DNA of 64,000 nt from Camelus ferus (Eukaryota). The stretch is from contig NC_045696.1 in the NCBI RefSeq assembly GCF_009834535.1, positions 38,008,001-38,072,000 on the forward strand, written 5' to 3'. The position numbers and the translations under genes are program-made. The notes beneath the pieces are model-generated. The model was not told the origin of the DNA, made no database searches, and saw nothing but the letters and a program-made list of their open reading frames with translations. Below, piece after piece: positions 25,113 through 37,699 of the stretch (within the stretch, counting starts at the first letter, position 1; each line of letters starts with the position of its first letter).

Positions 25113-26119
25113 GTCAGTTATTTGTTTTATAACAAAGATACCAAAACAATGCAATAGTTAAAGGAAAGAATTTACAGTAGTGCTGAAAGTATTGACTGTC
25201 TGTAAAATAAAAGTGAACCTTGACTCCCAACGAAGATCATAAGCAACAATTAATTTGAAATGGATCATAGACTGGAAAATTAAATCTGTAAAGCTTTTAG
25301 AGGAAAGTGCATGATAATGTCATAATTACTGTGTATAGACAAAGGTCTATGAGAGAGAGCTCAAAGTGATAATATCAAAAGATGACATTTAAAAAAAAAA
25401 GGAAAGATAATCCAAAGACTTGGAAAAGTATTCACAGAACATATAGCTGACAAAAGGTTGGCATCCAGGATATATACGGAAGTATAAAAACCTCAATTTT
25501 TTTTTGAAAAGGAAAAATTTTTTAAAGATACTTCAACAAGGAGGACATACAAACTGTTATAAACATCTGAAAAATGCTCAGCATTATTTCTGAGCATGAG
25601 ATATGAGAGAAATGAAAAAATAAATCCACAGTGACATCTCACTCCACAGTCATCACAAAAGAAAAAAAAATAGCCTAGTATTATCAAATATTGGCAAAGT
25701 TGTAGAGCAATCAGAACTTTCACATATTGTTGGTTAAATTGTAAAATGGCAAACCAAGTTTGGAAAATGTCTGGCAATTTATTTTAAAATGTTTTTTAAA
25801 AAACTCTAAATTAAAACAAACAAAAATTATTATTTCATATCACAATAATTCCACTCCTAGGTATTTACTCAAATAATTTGAAATAGATATCCTCAGAAAG
25901 ATTTCTACAATAATGTTCCTAGTAACTTTATTCAAAGTAACCAAACTTGAACATTCTAGGTGTCCATCAATGGGAAAATGGCTAAACATTCATGATATAT
26001 TCATACAATGGAATATTTTTGGGAATAAAAAAAGACAAACTATTGATAGATGCCACAAACTATTGATAGATGCCACAAACTGGATCAATATCAAAAATAT
26101 TATGTTGAGTGATTATTAA

Positions 26120-27410
26120 CTAAAACTGTGTGGTACTGGCTCATGAATAGAAAAACAGATCATTGGACTAGAATAAAAGTCCAGAAATAGATACAAGTAC
26201 ATACTGGAAGTTTATATTATATGATAAAGGTGGCATTTCAAATTAATAAGGCAAAGAAGGACATTTTAATATGTGTTGCAGGACAATTGGTTAGCCATCT
26301 GAGAAAATATAAAATTACATCTGTACTTCACCACCATATTCAAAAACTTAATTCAAAATGGACCATCAATTTAATTTTTTTTTAAAATGGAGCCATACAA
26401 GTACTAGGAAAAACTGTATGAATTTCTCTGTAATTTTGATGTCAGAGAAAGACTTTCTAACTATAATTCAAAACCAAGAGACAATAAGCTACTAACTATT
26501 CTTAAAAATGGCAGTAAATTTCTCAGCAAAAAAAAAAAAAAAAATACCATAGATGAAGTCAAAAGACAACTGACCAATATGAAATTATATACTGCAAGCT
26601 TGAGATATATACAACAAGTAAAAGGTTAATGTTTTTAGTAGGTAAAGAACTCTTAAAAATTAGGGATTACAGGCAAAAAAAACCCAATAGAAAATTAGGG
26701 AAAAAGCACACAAAAAATTCACATTAAAGGTATAAAAATAGCCCTTAAATGTGTGTAAAGATATTCATCCTCACTCTTAATTTAAAAATATAAATTAAAA
26801 CCTCATTAATATTTCTCATTTAACAGCTTGGTGAAAATGAAAAAGAATGACATTCCCATTCTTTTGGCAAGACTATAGGAAACCTGACATTCTTATATTT
26901 GTTGCTGGAAAGGCAAATGCTGGAAACTTTCTGGAAGGAAATATCCAATAAACTAATATAATTACTTATCTTTTGATCCAGGATTACTATTTTTAGGGAT
27001 TTACTCTGATTATACACACCCCCAAGACAAAAATGCATATGTAGCAGGCTATTCATAGCCTCATTATTTTTAATTGCAAAGTTTTAGAAACAATTCAAAT
27101 GCCCATACCTAAAAGAATAGTTGAATAAATTATGGAACCAACACAATGGAGTACTATGCATCTGTGAAAAATGAAGAGATCTCTATGTACAAATATGGAG
27201 TGACATCCAGGATATATTGTTAAGTGAAAAGCAAAGTACAAATTCATATGTATGATACACTAGTTTTACATAAGAAAGAAGGGAGAAAAAAATACATATC
27301 TGCTCAATGGTGTGGAAAAAAATGGCATGAAGTAATTAAATTGATTACTTATAGGGTGTGAGTGGAAATCAAGTAGAAAGACTGGGGAATGCAAACAGGA
27401 TTAGGCTATC
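26120..27410 (+). mobile_element. Second old L1 ORF2/3' UTR (L1ME-like)
   Basis: Restarts at taaaactgtgtggtactggc; gataaaggtggcatttcaaat; caggatatattgttaagtgaaaa. Confidence 0.8.
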
Positions 27411-27724
27411 TTTCCCCCACTTAAGCATAGTATTAATAATCACAGTTTCTATACAAAAGATAAGAGCATACTAATTAGTAACTAAAGGTGCTTTCTCTTT
27501 TCATCTGCTAATATGATAACACATATTCCAAACAGTGCACAGAATTTTTCTTTCTTATTTATCTTCCCTGCCTTAAATAAATTCTTAAATGTCCGTATGA
27601 CTACTGAGACATCTTAGACCTTTTTTCTTTTGGAAGCCTCAATTCATTCAAGGTTATGGCTTTCTTGACAAAATACTTCCCTAGTCTGTCCATCTTTGAT
27701 AAAATATGTGTTTAAAAATATCAA

Positions 27725-27860
27725 ACACTTTGGAGTCAGAGTCCTGAGAGTGAACCCTGACTATTACTTAAGAATTTGTTTTATTTTTCACGTGGTATTT
27801 TGAAGAAAAGTTAAATAATATGTAAACTATCTTACTCGGGAATGTATGCAGTAAAGGGTT
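27725..27860 (+). mobile_element. Degenerate MIR
   Basis: cactttggagtcagagtcctgagagtgaaccctgact. Confidence 0.5.
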
Positions 27861-28243
27861 TTCCTGTCCTTCCAAAATTTCTTACATATCTTAAAGAGTT
27901 AAATGTATGATTCTAAACAGACTTGCTCACTAAATAATTGCATAGATTATTCAGGTGAAATTAATTTTTTTTTAAATTCCAGTTACTTGGCCTAACAAAT
28001 GATTTAATTGAAAATGTGGCAATTGAGTATATTCTTAAACATTAAAAACAGTATCTATTGTGTTTAACCAATGTTTTAAAAAGAACATGGGACTATATGT
28101 TCAATAAAGGTAACTTTCAAAGATGTGTAAATTTTATTTCTAGTTGGTCAAGTTTTAAATAATCATTTTTTAGTGAGAAACATTCAACTCTAAGAGATTA
28201 TAATTTGTATGCATATTCATTTCCTAAATTCTCTCATTTTCAG

Positions 28244-28362
28244 GTCAGCAATGAAAGCTACCTGTGAAAGAATATATCCACTCTTAGTAAATCACCTGAC
28301 TTTAATATGCAGCTTTAAGAACATGTACTTAAGTGCTTCTTCAGATACTGCTCCTTTAGTAG
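28244..28362 (+). other. Candidate 119-nt exon
   Basis: Pyrimidine tract ttctctcattttcag and donor TAG|GTGAGC in non-repeat DNA. Confidence 0.25.
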
Positions 28363-30004
28363 GTGAGCAGTCATTTGACAACTAAGATTATTTTTATGGG
28401 CATTTCGTTTCAAATGAAGCCTTACCCATCTGTTCTACCCAAAAATTACAATTTCAAAGTGATCATAATTCAGAATTTGACCATAAAAAAGTATGATTAA
28501 GTGATTTAAATGCATCAGTATGATCTTTGTTCAATGCAGGAAAAATTTATAAGGCTTCTTCAGGTTTAAGGTGTAAATTATGACATATATTCTCTTTATT
28601 TGTAAATTAGATTGACCAAAAAAGGATTCTATGATTATTACAAATTTATGACCTCCCAGACATGAATGTAAGATTATATTTAACATCAAATTTATTAAAA
28701 GTCAACTATTTCAAGATGCAAGAAAATGAACCATTCCAAAATTTATCTTTCTCTTTTCTGTAACATAATAAAAGAGGCTAATTCACATAACCAAAGGGAA
28801 AAAAATACCAATGATAATAATACTTTAGCCAATAAGACTACAGTCTTCAATGACACACCAGTTGAATTACAGTAAAATTTAATTTGTAATGTAATGATTG
28901 CTGAGATACAAGTACTTCATTTAAGCTATGTTAATTGACCAGGATTTTGCCAGCAACCAAATGAATGAACAATTAAGAGTTTAATATATATCATATATAT
29001 TTTTATAAAGCTGCTTCTACAAACTTCTAAAGGTATATATTTCCTGGAAGGAGTTTAATCAAATATTGTAGGATAAACCACTTCAATAACATGAATATTT
29101 TCTTCACTATTTAGTCTTCACCTGTAACAGCCATCTGTTCAATTAGAATTCCACTCACACATGCACTAGATGTTTTTCTCACAAGTATAAGATTAGCAAC
29201 ACACCACTATATATTTTCAGTTAATACAACAAAACATGGAGCATATTAAAATCATAAAAACATGTTTCATACCTAAAAGTAATACATGACTTATGATCAG
29301 GAGCTCAACTGCATTTTACGTATCAGGCAGACTTACCTAAATAATTGTGTGTGCCTGTCTGTCTGTGTCTGTGTGTCTGTAATGTATGTGTGTGTTTTGA
29401 CAAGTATTTCCAAAATGCTTTGAAATTTAAATTCTATGGTTCATTTTTATGATAAATGGACTTTACAGAATTTACCCTGCTAGTCATTTCCCTAAAATGG
29501 AAAAGTCACTCACATGTGAGCTTAGGAATATAGGAATAGAAGCATGATAAAATTATTTCTGAGACATAGATGTTACCTCTGAAACTAAATTTAATTCCCA
29601 TTTCAATGTTTCCATCCACTCTAGAATATCTCCAACAACTGTTTAACCAGCCCCCTTATAAACCTACATGATAAGGAACCTTATCTTTCTAGCCAGTCAG
29701 AGCATGATTGTTCAAAATTGAAGTTTTTAAAGCACTGATAAAGAATTATGACAAATTCTAGTCATAATATGTAAATGCATATTGAATAGAGTGAATTTTT
29801 CTTTATTATAGAATTGGTGAATATATGTAATACCATGGTCATTATTCAGAATCCAAGTAAATCTGACAGGTATATATGCCTGTAAAAACAAGATACAGTA
29901 CACTCCCAGCTACAAAATATCAAGCAATTAATTCTGACAATAGATATTAATGAGTCATTTTTAAGTTTACCTAAAGAATGTAACTCTGAGCTAGAAATAG
30001 ATAT

Positions 30005-30376
30005 TGTTATAGATTGAATTATTTCTCTCTCAAAATTAGCATGCTTAAGCCTTAACACCCAGTACCTAAGAATGTGATTGCATTTGAAGATAGGGCCTTT
30101 AAAGAGGTAGTTAAGTTAAAAAGAGACCCTCAGGGTGGCCCTTAATCCAATCTAATTAGCAGCCTTTTAAGAAAAGGAAATTTGTACACAGAGAGACACC
30201 TGGGGTACCTGCACACAGAGAAAAGGCCATGTGAGGACACGAGAAGGTGGCCATCTGTAAGTCAAGGCAAGAGGCCTCAGAAGAAATGAAACCTGCTAAC
30301 ACCTTGATCTTTTGTTTACATTATCCAGTTGGTTGTATTTTGGTATGGCAAAATATAGATGGCCCACACTAATATA
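30005..30376 (+). mobile_element. MaLR solo LTR (MLT1B-like)
   Basis: Classic motifs (gatagggcctttaaagagg, aggccatgtgaggacac, gagaaggtggccatct); perfect 5-bp TSD gatat at 30000-30004 and 30377-30381. Confidence 0.92.
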
Positions 30377-30569
30377 GATATGTAAAAATAGAGGAAATAA
30401 TTGAAGTGATTTTAAATATCTGTGCTATGTACAAAAGTAAAGCTAGTTGATCACTTAGCAATGTACTTTGACTTAAATTTCAAGCACCGAGTTAGAAAAC
30501 TCAGTTGCATAATAGTGTTAACTCATAACAACACTGTGTATTATGTATTCTCATAAAATCTATAATTTG

Positions 30570-30660
30570 TACATTCATCATTCTGCACATAATTACTGAG
30601 AACATATTTCTAGGCCTTGAATATACAGCGGTGACTAAAACAGGAAGTTAGGCTTTTAAG
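30570..30660 (-). mobile_element. L2 3' end
   Basis: cattcatcattc...ttactgagaacat...atacagcggtgactaaaaca. Confidence 0.55.
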
Positions 30661-30721
30661 GAAAAGGAATAAGAACCTCTCTACCCACCAGCCTAGGTAA
30701 GTGCTAAGGAGAGAAATACGG

Positions 30722-30797
30722 CAAGAAAGGAAGGGAGGGAGGGAGGGAGGGAGGAAGGAAGGAAAAGAGGGAGGGAGGGAAGGAGGGAGAAAAAAAG
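30722..30797. repeat. (GGGA/GGAA)n polypurine tract
   Basis: Directly visible. Confidence 0.92.
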
Positions 30798-31534
30798 ACC
30801 TCAGAGAAGTGAGAAATCTGTGACCTTCCAAGTATCAGAATCATGATAGAAGAAATTAATACAATAACAGAACTGGAGCCAGGAAACCTCAGAGGCCCTA
30901 AATGAAACAAAAGCAAAATCAAACTTTAGGGTAACTTATAAACAGGAGTACTGAAGTATTTTGGAAAAAAAATAAAAATAACAATTCTTACAGTAGGAAA
31001 TATTTAAGAAGAAGGATATTATACCTAGAAGGAAAGAAAAACATCTAAAGGTAAGATTAGCAGAAAATTTGTACACATGCTTTTAAATAAAATAAGAAAT
31101 GACTATATATTTAAACAAAGAGCTAGTGTTGGAATTTTAAAATAAGGTGAAAACCAAACAGTAGGCCCTTTAAGATGTAAGATGGTAAGAACATGAGAAA
31201 AATTTCATGTTTTCTAAGGTGTTTGTATTGGCTGAAGAGAGATCATGAAACTGATTTATTTTAGAATTTTTAAGTAAACATATTAAAAGTATAAGCATAT
31301 ACAGTAAAATTACATAAATAGAATATAAACGCTACCAAATCCAAGTTAGGAGAGAGAAATGAATAAAAAATGTAACTATTATAATTGGAAGCAAAAAAAG
31401 AGAAAGTAACCAAATATGTATGTGTATGTGTATATGTGTGTATATATATATATATACAAAACTTGAAAACACAAAATAAGCACATAATAAGATGATGGGC
31501 AATAGTCTATATATATATATTTTTTTTTTTTTAA

Positions 31535-31700
31535 TTACTAGACTGTCAGTTTATCCTAAAAGGATATAACTCAGGAACAGCCTATGCATCTCTTCTGAAG
31601 GATGGAGTGTGAGGGAAAGTTGTGGAGCTTCCATGCTCTCAAGTCAGCCACACTTATCTCCCAGCACCACCTCCATGTGTTCACCTCCCCAGAATCCCAC
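31535..31700 (-). mobile_element. MER21-family LTR fragment
   Basis: aaaggatataactcaggaacagcc, ggagcttccatgc, ctcccagcacc: antisense of the motifs at 9.5-9.6 kb. Confidence 0.8.
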
Positions 31701-32382
31701 TTAAAATATTAGTCAAAATGTTTTCTTAAATTCATAATAATCATTTTGAAAAAACAGACCCTTAAATTGTATTGAAAGAAAAACAAATCTAGCTATTTTC
31801 TATTTAACTCATAAACATGATAAAAAAAGAAATTTTGAAAGCAAATGGAGAAAAATGTAGAACACACAAATACTAACCAAAAGAAAAGTGGTATAGCATT
31901 ATCAATATTAGACAGAAGAGAATTTACGCAAAGTAAAGTAAAGATAAACAGCTAATGAGTTGATAGTAAAAGAAAATTTTTTTCAGAATAACAAAATAAA
32001 ATAAAACATGCTTTTTCCTAACAACATAACCTTTATATAAATGAAAAGTATTTACTGAGAAAATTCCAGGGAGAAATTGATAAGCCCACAAGCATTGTGG
32101 CAGATTTTAAAATACAACTCTCAAAAAGATATGTAAAATAGGTGGGAAAAATAAGTACATAGAAGATTCATAAAACACAATAACAAAATAAACTGCATCT
32201 CACAGATGCATGAAGAACCCTGTATAATAATAAAATAGTGTTCTTTTAAGAATCGTATGTGTAACAATTATAAAATTTGAACTCTATTACACTACAAAAC
32301 AAGTCTTAACAAGTACCAAATTATTTAAATCATACAGAACATGTGTTCTGGAGGAAAAGAAAATACAAAAACACCATAAAGA

Positions 32383-32740
32383 AGTGGAGACTGCTATCTA
32401 GTCTTCCACTTAAGTTTTCTTCCCCTTCTTTGGCCACCCAACTGAACTACAATCCCTAGCCTCCCTTGCAGTTAAACATAGCCAGGCATCTAACTAGTGT
32501 GCAATAAAATGTGAGCATAAGTAGCAAATGCCATTTCCAGGTCTAGCCATGAACACTTCTCCATGCTCCTATTGCTTCTGCTGACTGAATGCAGATTAGG
32601 ATCAGGCCCTAAAGGACTGCCTAGGCAGAAGATGGAAGGGGAAGAATTTCTCAGGTGATCCCCATATAGAGGAGAGTTCCCTGACCCCTCTTGAGCAAAG
32701 TGTGGAAACAGTAATTTTCAACTTCTCTGTTACATCCATT
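32383..32740 (+). mobile_element. MaLR LTR (MLT1-type)
   Basis: actacaatccctagcctcccttgcagtta; tgccatttccaggtctagcc. Confidence 0.75.
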
Positions 32741-32918
32741 TAGTCTTCCCTCATAGAAATAACAGGAAAAGAGCCTTATGGTTTGCAATTTAAAACTGCA
32801 CTTCTAAATAATTCAGAAGTCACAGAAAGAGCATAATGTAAACCATTAAATATTCAGATCTGAATGAAAAAGAAAAGCAATAAAATCTTGAGAAATGCAG
32901 CATGAGATATTTAGAGAG

Positions 32919-33238
32919 TGTAAAAAATTAATACAGAAACCTCGATTAAATAGAGTTGGGAGACCAAAAGACCCTACAACAGTAGCTGAACCCAACAGGA
33001 AGAAGACTCTTCTTCTTTTCCGGAAAGGACTCAGCCAATGAAGAGCCTTGGACTCTATTTCACTATAGCCATCAAAAATCTCTCTTCCTCCCTATAAAAG
33101 CATTCTCCTTCTCTTGCTGTTTGGGGATCCACATGTGGCTCTCCTTGGTTGCAGACCAGGAACTGCAATTCTCTGATGATCCAGAATAAACCTATCTTTT
33201 CTGGAGAAATATCTGGCAATCTATTTGTTCCAGGTCAA
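32919..33238 (+). mobile_element. Short solo ERV LTR with intact promoter motifs
   Basis: CAGCCAATG ~33032, TATAAAA ~33093, AATAAA ~33185, ends ggtcaa. Confidence 0.8.
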
Positions 33239-34009
33239 GTATAATAGCTTTAGTATTTAGATTAGGAAAATAAGAAAGATGTAAAATTAATAAACTAAGT
33301 ATTCAATTTAGGAACAGCACAGGAAATCAAACAGAAGAGAGAAATAATAATGACAAAAGCAGAAACTGAAAAAACGGAAAGCAAAGAAATAACAGATACT
33401 ATCAACAAAATCAAATGCTAGTTCTTTGAGAAGGCCAACAAATTAACTGGTTCTTAGTCAAAAAAGAAAACTTGAAAAAACCAAAAACTTACAGAAGATG
33501 GAACATTACTAAAAATGTACTCACAAAGATAATACCATGACTACATAATATATTTTTTATTTTCATATATTTATTCAACCAAGATATTCATTAGAAGTTC
33601 TATGCAAGCCAATAAAAGTAGAAAAAGGAGTGAAACATATAGAAATTGAAAAAGAAACATTTTAAGCACTGTAATAATTTTAGGCAATGTTTGTCCATAC
33701 AGAAAGCTCAACAGAATCTACAGGCAAAATAATAAAATAAGAAAGCAAAATTAAAATATATAAAATCAATATAAAAACCAATACTTTTATGCTTAGCAAA
33801 ACTCATTTTGAAATGAAACTTCTAAAAATTTAATTCACAGAAATAGTAACCCATATGGTGTATAGGAATAAATCTAACTAAATATGTTAAAGATCTTTAC
33901 AAATAAAATTATGTTTTAGAAAATAACATGTGCAAAAAAAGACCTCAGTAAATGGTGATAAATTATGTTTATATATATTGTAAGACTCAGTATTTTATAG
34001 ATAATAATA

Positions 34010-34480
34010 TGTTAGCTGAAAAAAGAAATGCACAACTTTAGAGCTGCGGGTTTATTTTTATTTATATCCAGGGTCTAACGGGAGACTATTGCCCAGGAGA
34101 CTGCCTCTGAGACAGGTCTGAGGAACTGTTCTGAAGCGGCGGTGTGGGGTGTGGGGTGGGCAGGGGGTGGTGGGGGTGGGAGGGAGGATAGCCAGTACAT
34201 ATATGATTTGAGCTAGGGAATACATGCAGTCAAGCATACACATCTATAAAAGGTTACTGTTGGTCAGGAGGAACAGATATCTCCATTAATGGTTTTCGTG
34301 GGTTTTTTTCCTACGTAAGTCGAATATGTAAGAATTTTTGTTCATTAAAATTCTTCCTGAGATACCTAAGGGCCTTTTTCCCAACTTGTTTTTCGTTCTG
34401 AATTCCTTTCAGGGTATACAGTCAGACGGTGACTTCAGTGGCCAATAACTTAATCCCTGGGAAACCAGATGGTGGGTAAA
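34010..34480 (-). mobile_element. ERV1 solo LTR (resembles artiodactyl MER41-like LTRs)
   Basis: Begins tgttagctgaaaaa; antisense AATAAA; gaggaactgttctgaag, gaggaacagatatctc, tgaattcctttcaggg; relatively CpG-retaining. Confidence 0.7.
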
Positions 34481-36833
34481 TGTATCTTCAAAATGAGTCT
34501 TCAACATCTGTTACCATTACTAATATCTTTGTAAAATTTGAAATTTTGATTCTAAAATTATTGGAAAAGAAAAAAGGAAACTAGGATTTTTTTAGAAATG
34601 TGTCACATTAATTCTTAGCACTCAAAAAAGGTATTCCATGCTGCCCTTATTTTCCAATGTTCTCTTTATTTCTGTGAGTCTCTGATATTCTTATAATATA
34701 TTGTTCATTTATGATTAAATGGTTTGAGCTGTTACCATTGATATAACACAGGGAATTTTAATTAATATATTTGTTGGAGTTCTTGCTATTCATTTAAATA
34801 TCTATGACTTCATTACCTCACGTATAAAAAGTTTTTACTGAATATTTTCCAAGTTTCCCTCAAGCACATAGAATCTTTTTCTTCATTATCTGCATTATAT
34901 ATACATGTAAAGGGCACTGTATATTCTTTATCTTAAACCAGAAACAATCTCTGTTAAGAGAATTAGAGGAATTCAACTACTTGCCAATCTCATTCCATTA
35001 GCCTAGATATATTAGTCAGTCTTCTGGATACAACTACTTTGAATTCAAGTTACTTGCCTTTCATAAGAGTGACATGTATGGTTAGGGCCTTTCTAAGACT
35101 ACATAGCAAAACATTTGCTGGAGAGTGACAGTGCTTATGATGATAGTAAAATCACCACAGCAACACAGTCCTGATCTGGCCCTAAAGAATCCTTCAAATC
35201 ATGCATTGTTCCTAAGATGAGCAGTCAAAACTATCCATTTGTATCAGGAGAAAAATTTTAGGAGAATAAAAAAGAAATTAAATGGATTTTTTTTCACACT
35301 TCTTTGAAAAAAATTGTAAATCTGATTTCATGCAGTGGACAAGTAATCTGAAATTTTTAGTTGGAGGTCAAAATGAATATTTGTCTTCTTTCTTGAATAA
35401 CAAGTGTTTATTCATTTACAAATTATAACTTTCGTTAGTACTAAAATAACTCATGATAAGTTTTAAAACCTGAAAAATAGAAATAAACACAAGAAGAAAA
35501 CAAATGATACACAGTCATCTTCATGACACCATTTGTTTGTTTGTTTGTTTATCTTTTTTGAGAAAATGGCATAACCTTTTGAAAAGACTAGGTTAAGGTT
35601 TGTTGCACCAGAATTATTTATTTACATGTGGAGGATTTCTGGAATTATTCAAAAGTTTTAAAATTGTATCTGATATTTAATTACTTAAATGTGACTCTGT
35701 AGCTTCATTTAAATTTCTCTGGCAAGGATGTGTCTCTTTCAAAGCTAAATATTCACTTAGAAAAATGTAGTGAAAGCAATAAAAAAAAAAAGCTGCAGAA
35801 CATTAATAAACTGGCATATCTTTAGTGATAAATAGTAGCCAAACATATACATTTAGTATAGAGTAATATCTTCATTATTTGCTTATTAGCCTATCCAATG
35901 TAAATTTATTTTTATCTTTAATTTACTTTATAAAGAGTCTATATATGTTGATTCCTAGGATTATATAAAATTTCTGCTTTAATGCCTTATTAGCTACTCA
36001 AGATATTTTTAAGCTTCTATTTCTCTTGCTAAGACTATATAGCACCAATTAAGAGTTGTGAAAGTAATTCACACTTCCTTATCAGCATTCACATATGGAT
36101 ACTACTTATTGAATACACTGCCTGGAAGCTAATGCTTCTAAAGGGCTTTCTTTTGTCAAGAACATTGCTGACTCATTGTGTAAACACTTTGATTGAAAAT
36201 ATCTAACAAATATCATCAAAGTGAAACTTTGATGCTTCTGGTTTTATGTTCTGTTTCCAAAAGAGTAGGAAAAAAAAAAAAAACATAAAGCATTGCATTA
36301 CAATTTAGTGTGTCTTTTCAAAATTATTACTGCTGAGTATTTCATATCAAGTTATGATGCAAAGATTTTTAAGTTATCTGGCTTTTTGATCAAGAAGGAG
36401 TCCATTACAGCTCTACAAATTGACATAGCAAATCTGAATCATCAAGTATCCTGCAAGAAATATAATTACATTGTGCTGTAATGATTCTCAACTTAATAAA
36501 TAACATCCCTATATCCATGGGTGAAATAAATGTCTTAAAAGACTTTAGAACCCAGCTTCTTTTAACCTATGCAAATGCTATTTCCAAGATGTCTTTGAAT
36601 GATATACCTTATTAATGACTGAGGATAAATTATTTTTAAACAAGCAAATGTAAGACTAGGATAGAATCATTGGTAACTCAGAATTATTCCTCTCAATGAA
36701 ATTTTGTCACTATTTGACCCAAAAGTTTATCTAGGTGTTCCACTTTTTTGTGAATGCATAGTTTCCTATTTTAACATTGAGCAAAAATCTTAAAGTTCTA
36801 TTATAACAATGATTTCTGTTCAGGGAGCATGTA

Positions 36834-37061
36834 TAGTCGACCCTTGAACAACAGGGGTTTGAACTGTGCAGATCCACTTAGGAGCAGATTTATGTTTTCA
36901 ATAAATACAATCTGCCCTCTATATCTGCAGTTCCACATCCGCCTTTGAATTGGTGAATGTGGGAATCTTGACATATGAAGAGCCCACTATGGGACTTGAC
37001 CATTGGTTTTGAATACCCTGTGTACTGGAACCAGTTCCTTGCAGATACCGATAGACAATAG
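36834..37061 (+). mobile_element. MER8/Tigger2-derived MITE
   Basis: agtcgacccttgaacaac...tttgaactg...ggaaccagttcc...gataccga; TA TSDs at both ends. Confidence 0.88.
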
Positions 37062-37699
37062 TATTTGTAATGAAGGCTAGATGGCAGGAGGGTGCCATTT
37101 AACCATTAATATATTTATTCATAAATATTAATAGAATTCTTCTGTATGCCAGCACACCATTTGATAGACACATGGGTTCTATGGAGAGATGAAAAAGAGA
37201 AAGAAACAGGATTTCTCCTTTGAAGTAAATGATATATTAGATGTATTTAAATAAGTTTCTCAGTGACATTTACATAGAGCTTTACATAGACATTTACCAT
37301 CATTGAAAAGCAAAATCTAAAAGTTTAATTAATATAGATATTTTCTATTATTATCATTGAAAGACAGAGTAGAGTTTGCAGGGCTCATTACATATGAAAT
37401 ATTCTTAAATTTTAATATTTTTTTATTTTCAGTATTTCCAATTTATAGCAACAACTAAAATTGCTATTTCTCTCTTATACCAGTACAGTTCACTCATTGC
37501 CACATTGCTACAGATCCAAGCCCTCAATCTTCTCTCTTGGTATACATACCTGAAACCTGACAAATACTACCTGTCATATAAAGCTCTCTGGAAAGTATGG
37601 TTTTCCTTCCACTCTACTAATTTTCTTGGGAGAAAAAGACACCTCTACTATCATACTATCCCCATTACATACAAGGTCTTAAAAATAGAATTATCCATA

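Larger units (their letters stand above)
23470..26120 (+). mobile_element. Old L1 ORF2 hosting two younger L1 3' ends
   Basis: ORF2 motifs resume after each insert (aaagttggaggacttatac, gctacagtaatcaaaacagtgtggtac, aattccactcctaggtatttac). Confidence 0.85.
30820..34560 (+). mobile_element. Fragmented old L1 (ORF1-ORF2) interrupted by four LTRs
   Basis: Endonuclease-region motifs (aatactaaccaaaagaaa, ggagaaattgataagcccaca, atcaacaaaatcaaatgctagttctttga). Confidence 0.65.
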
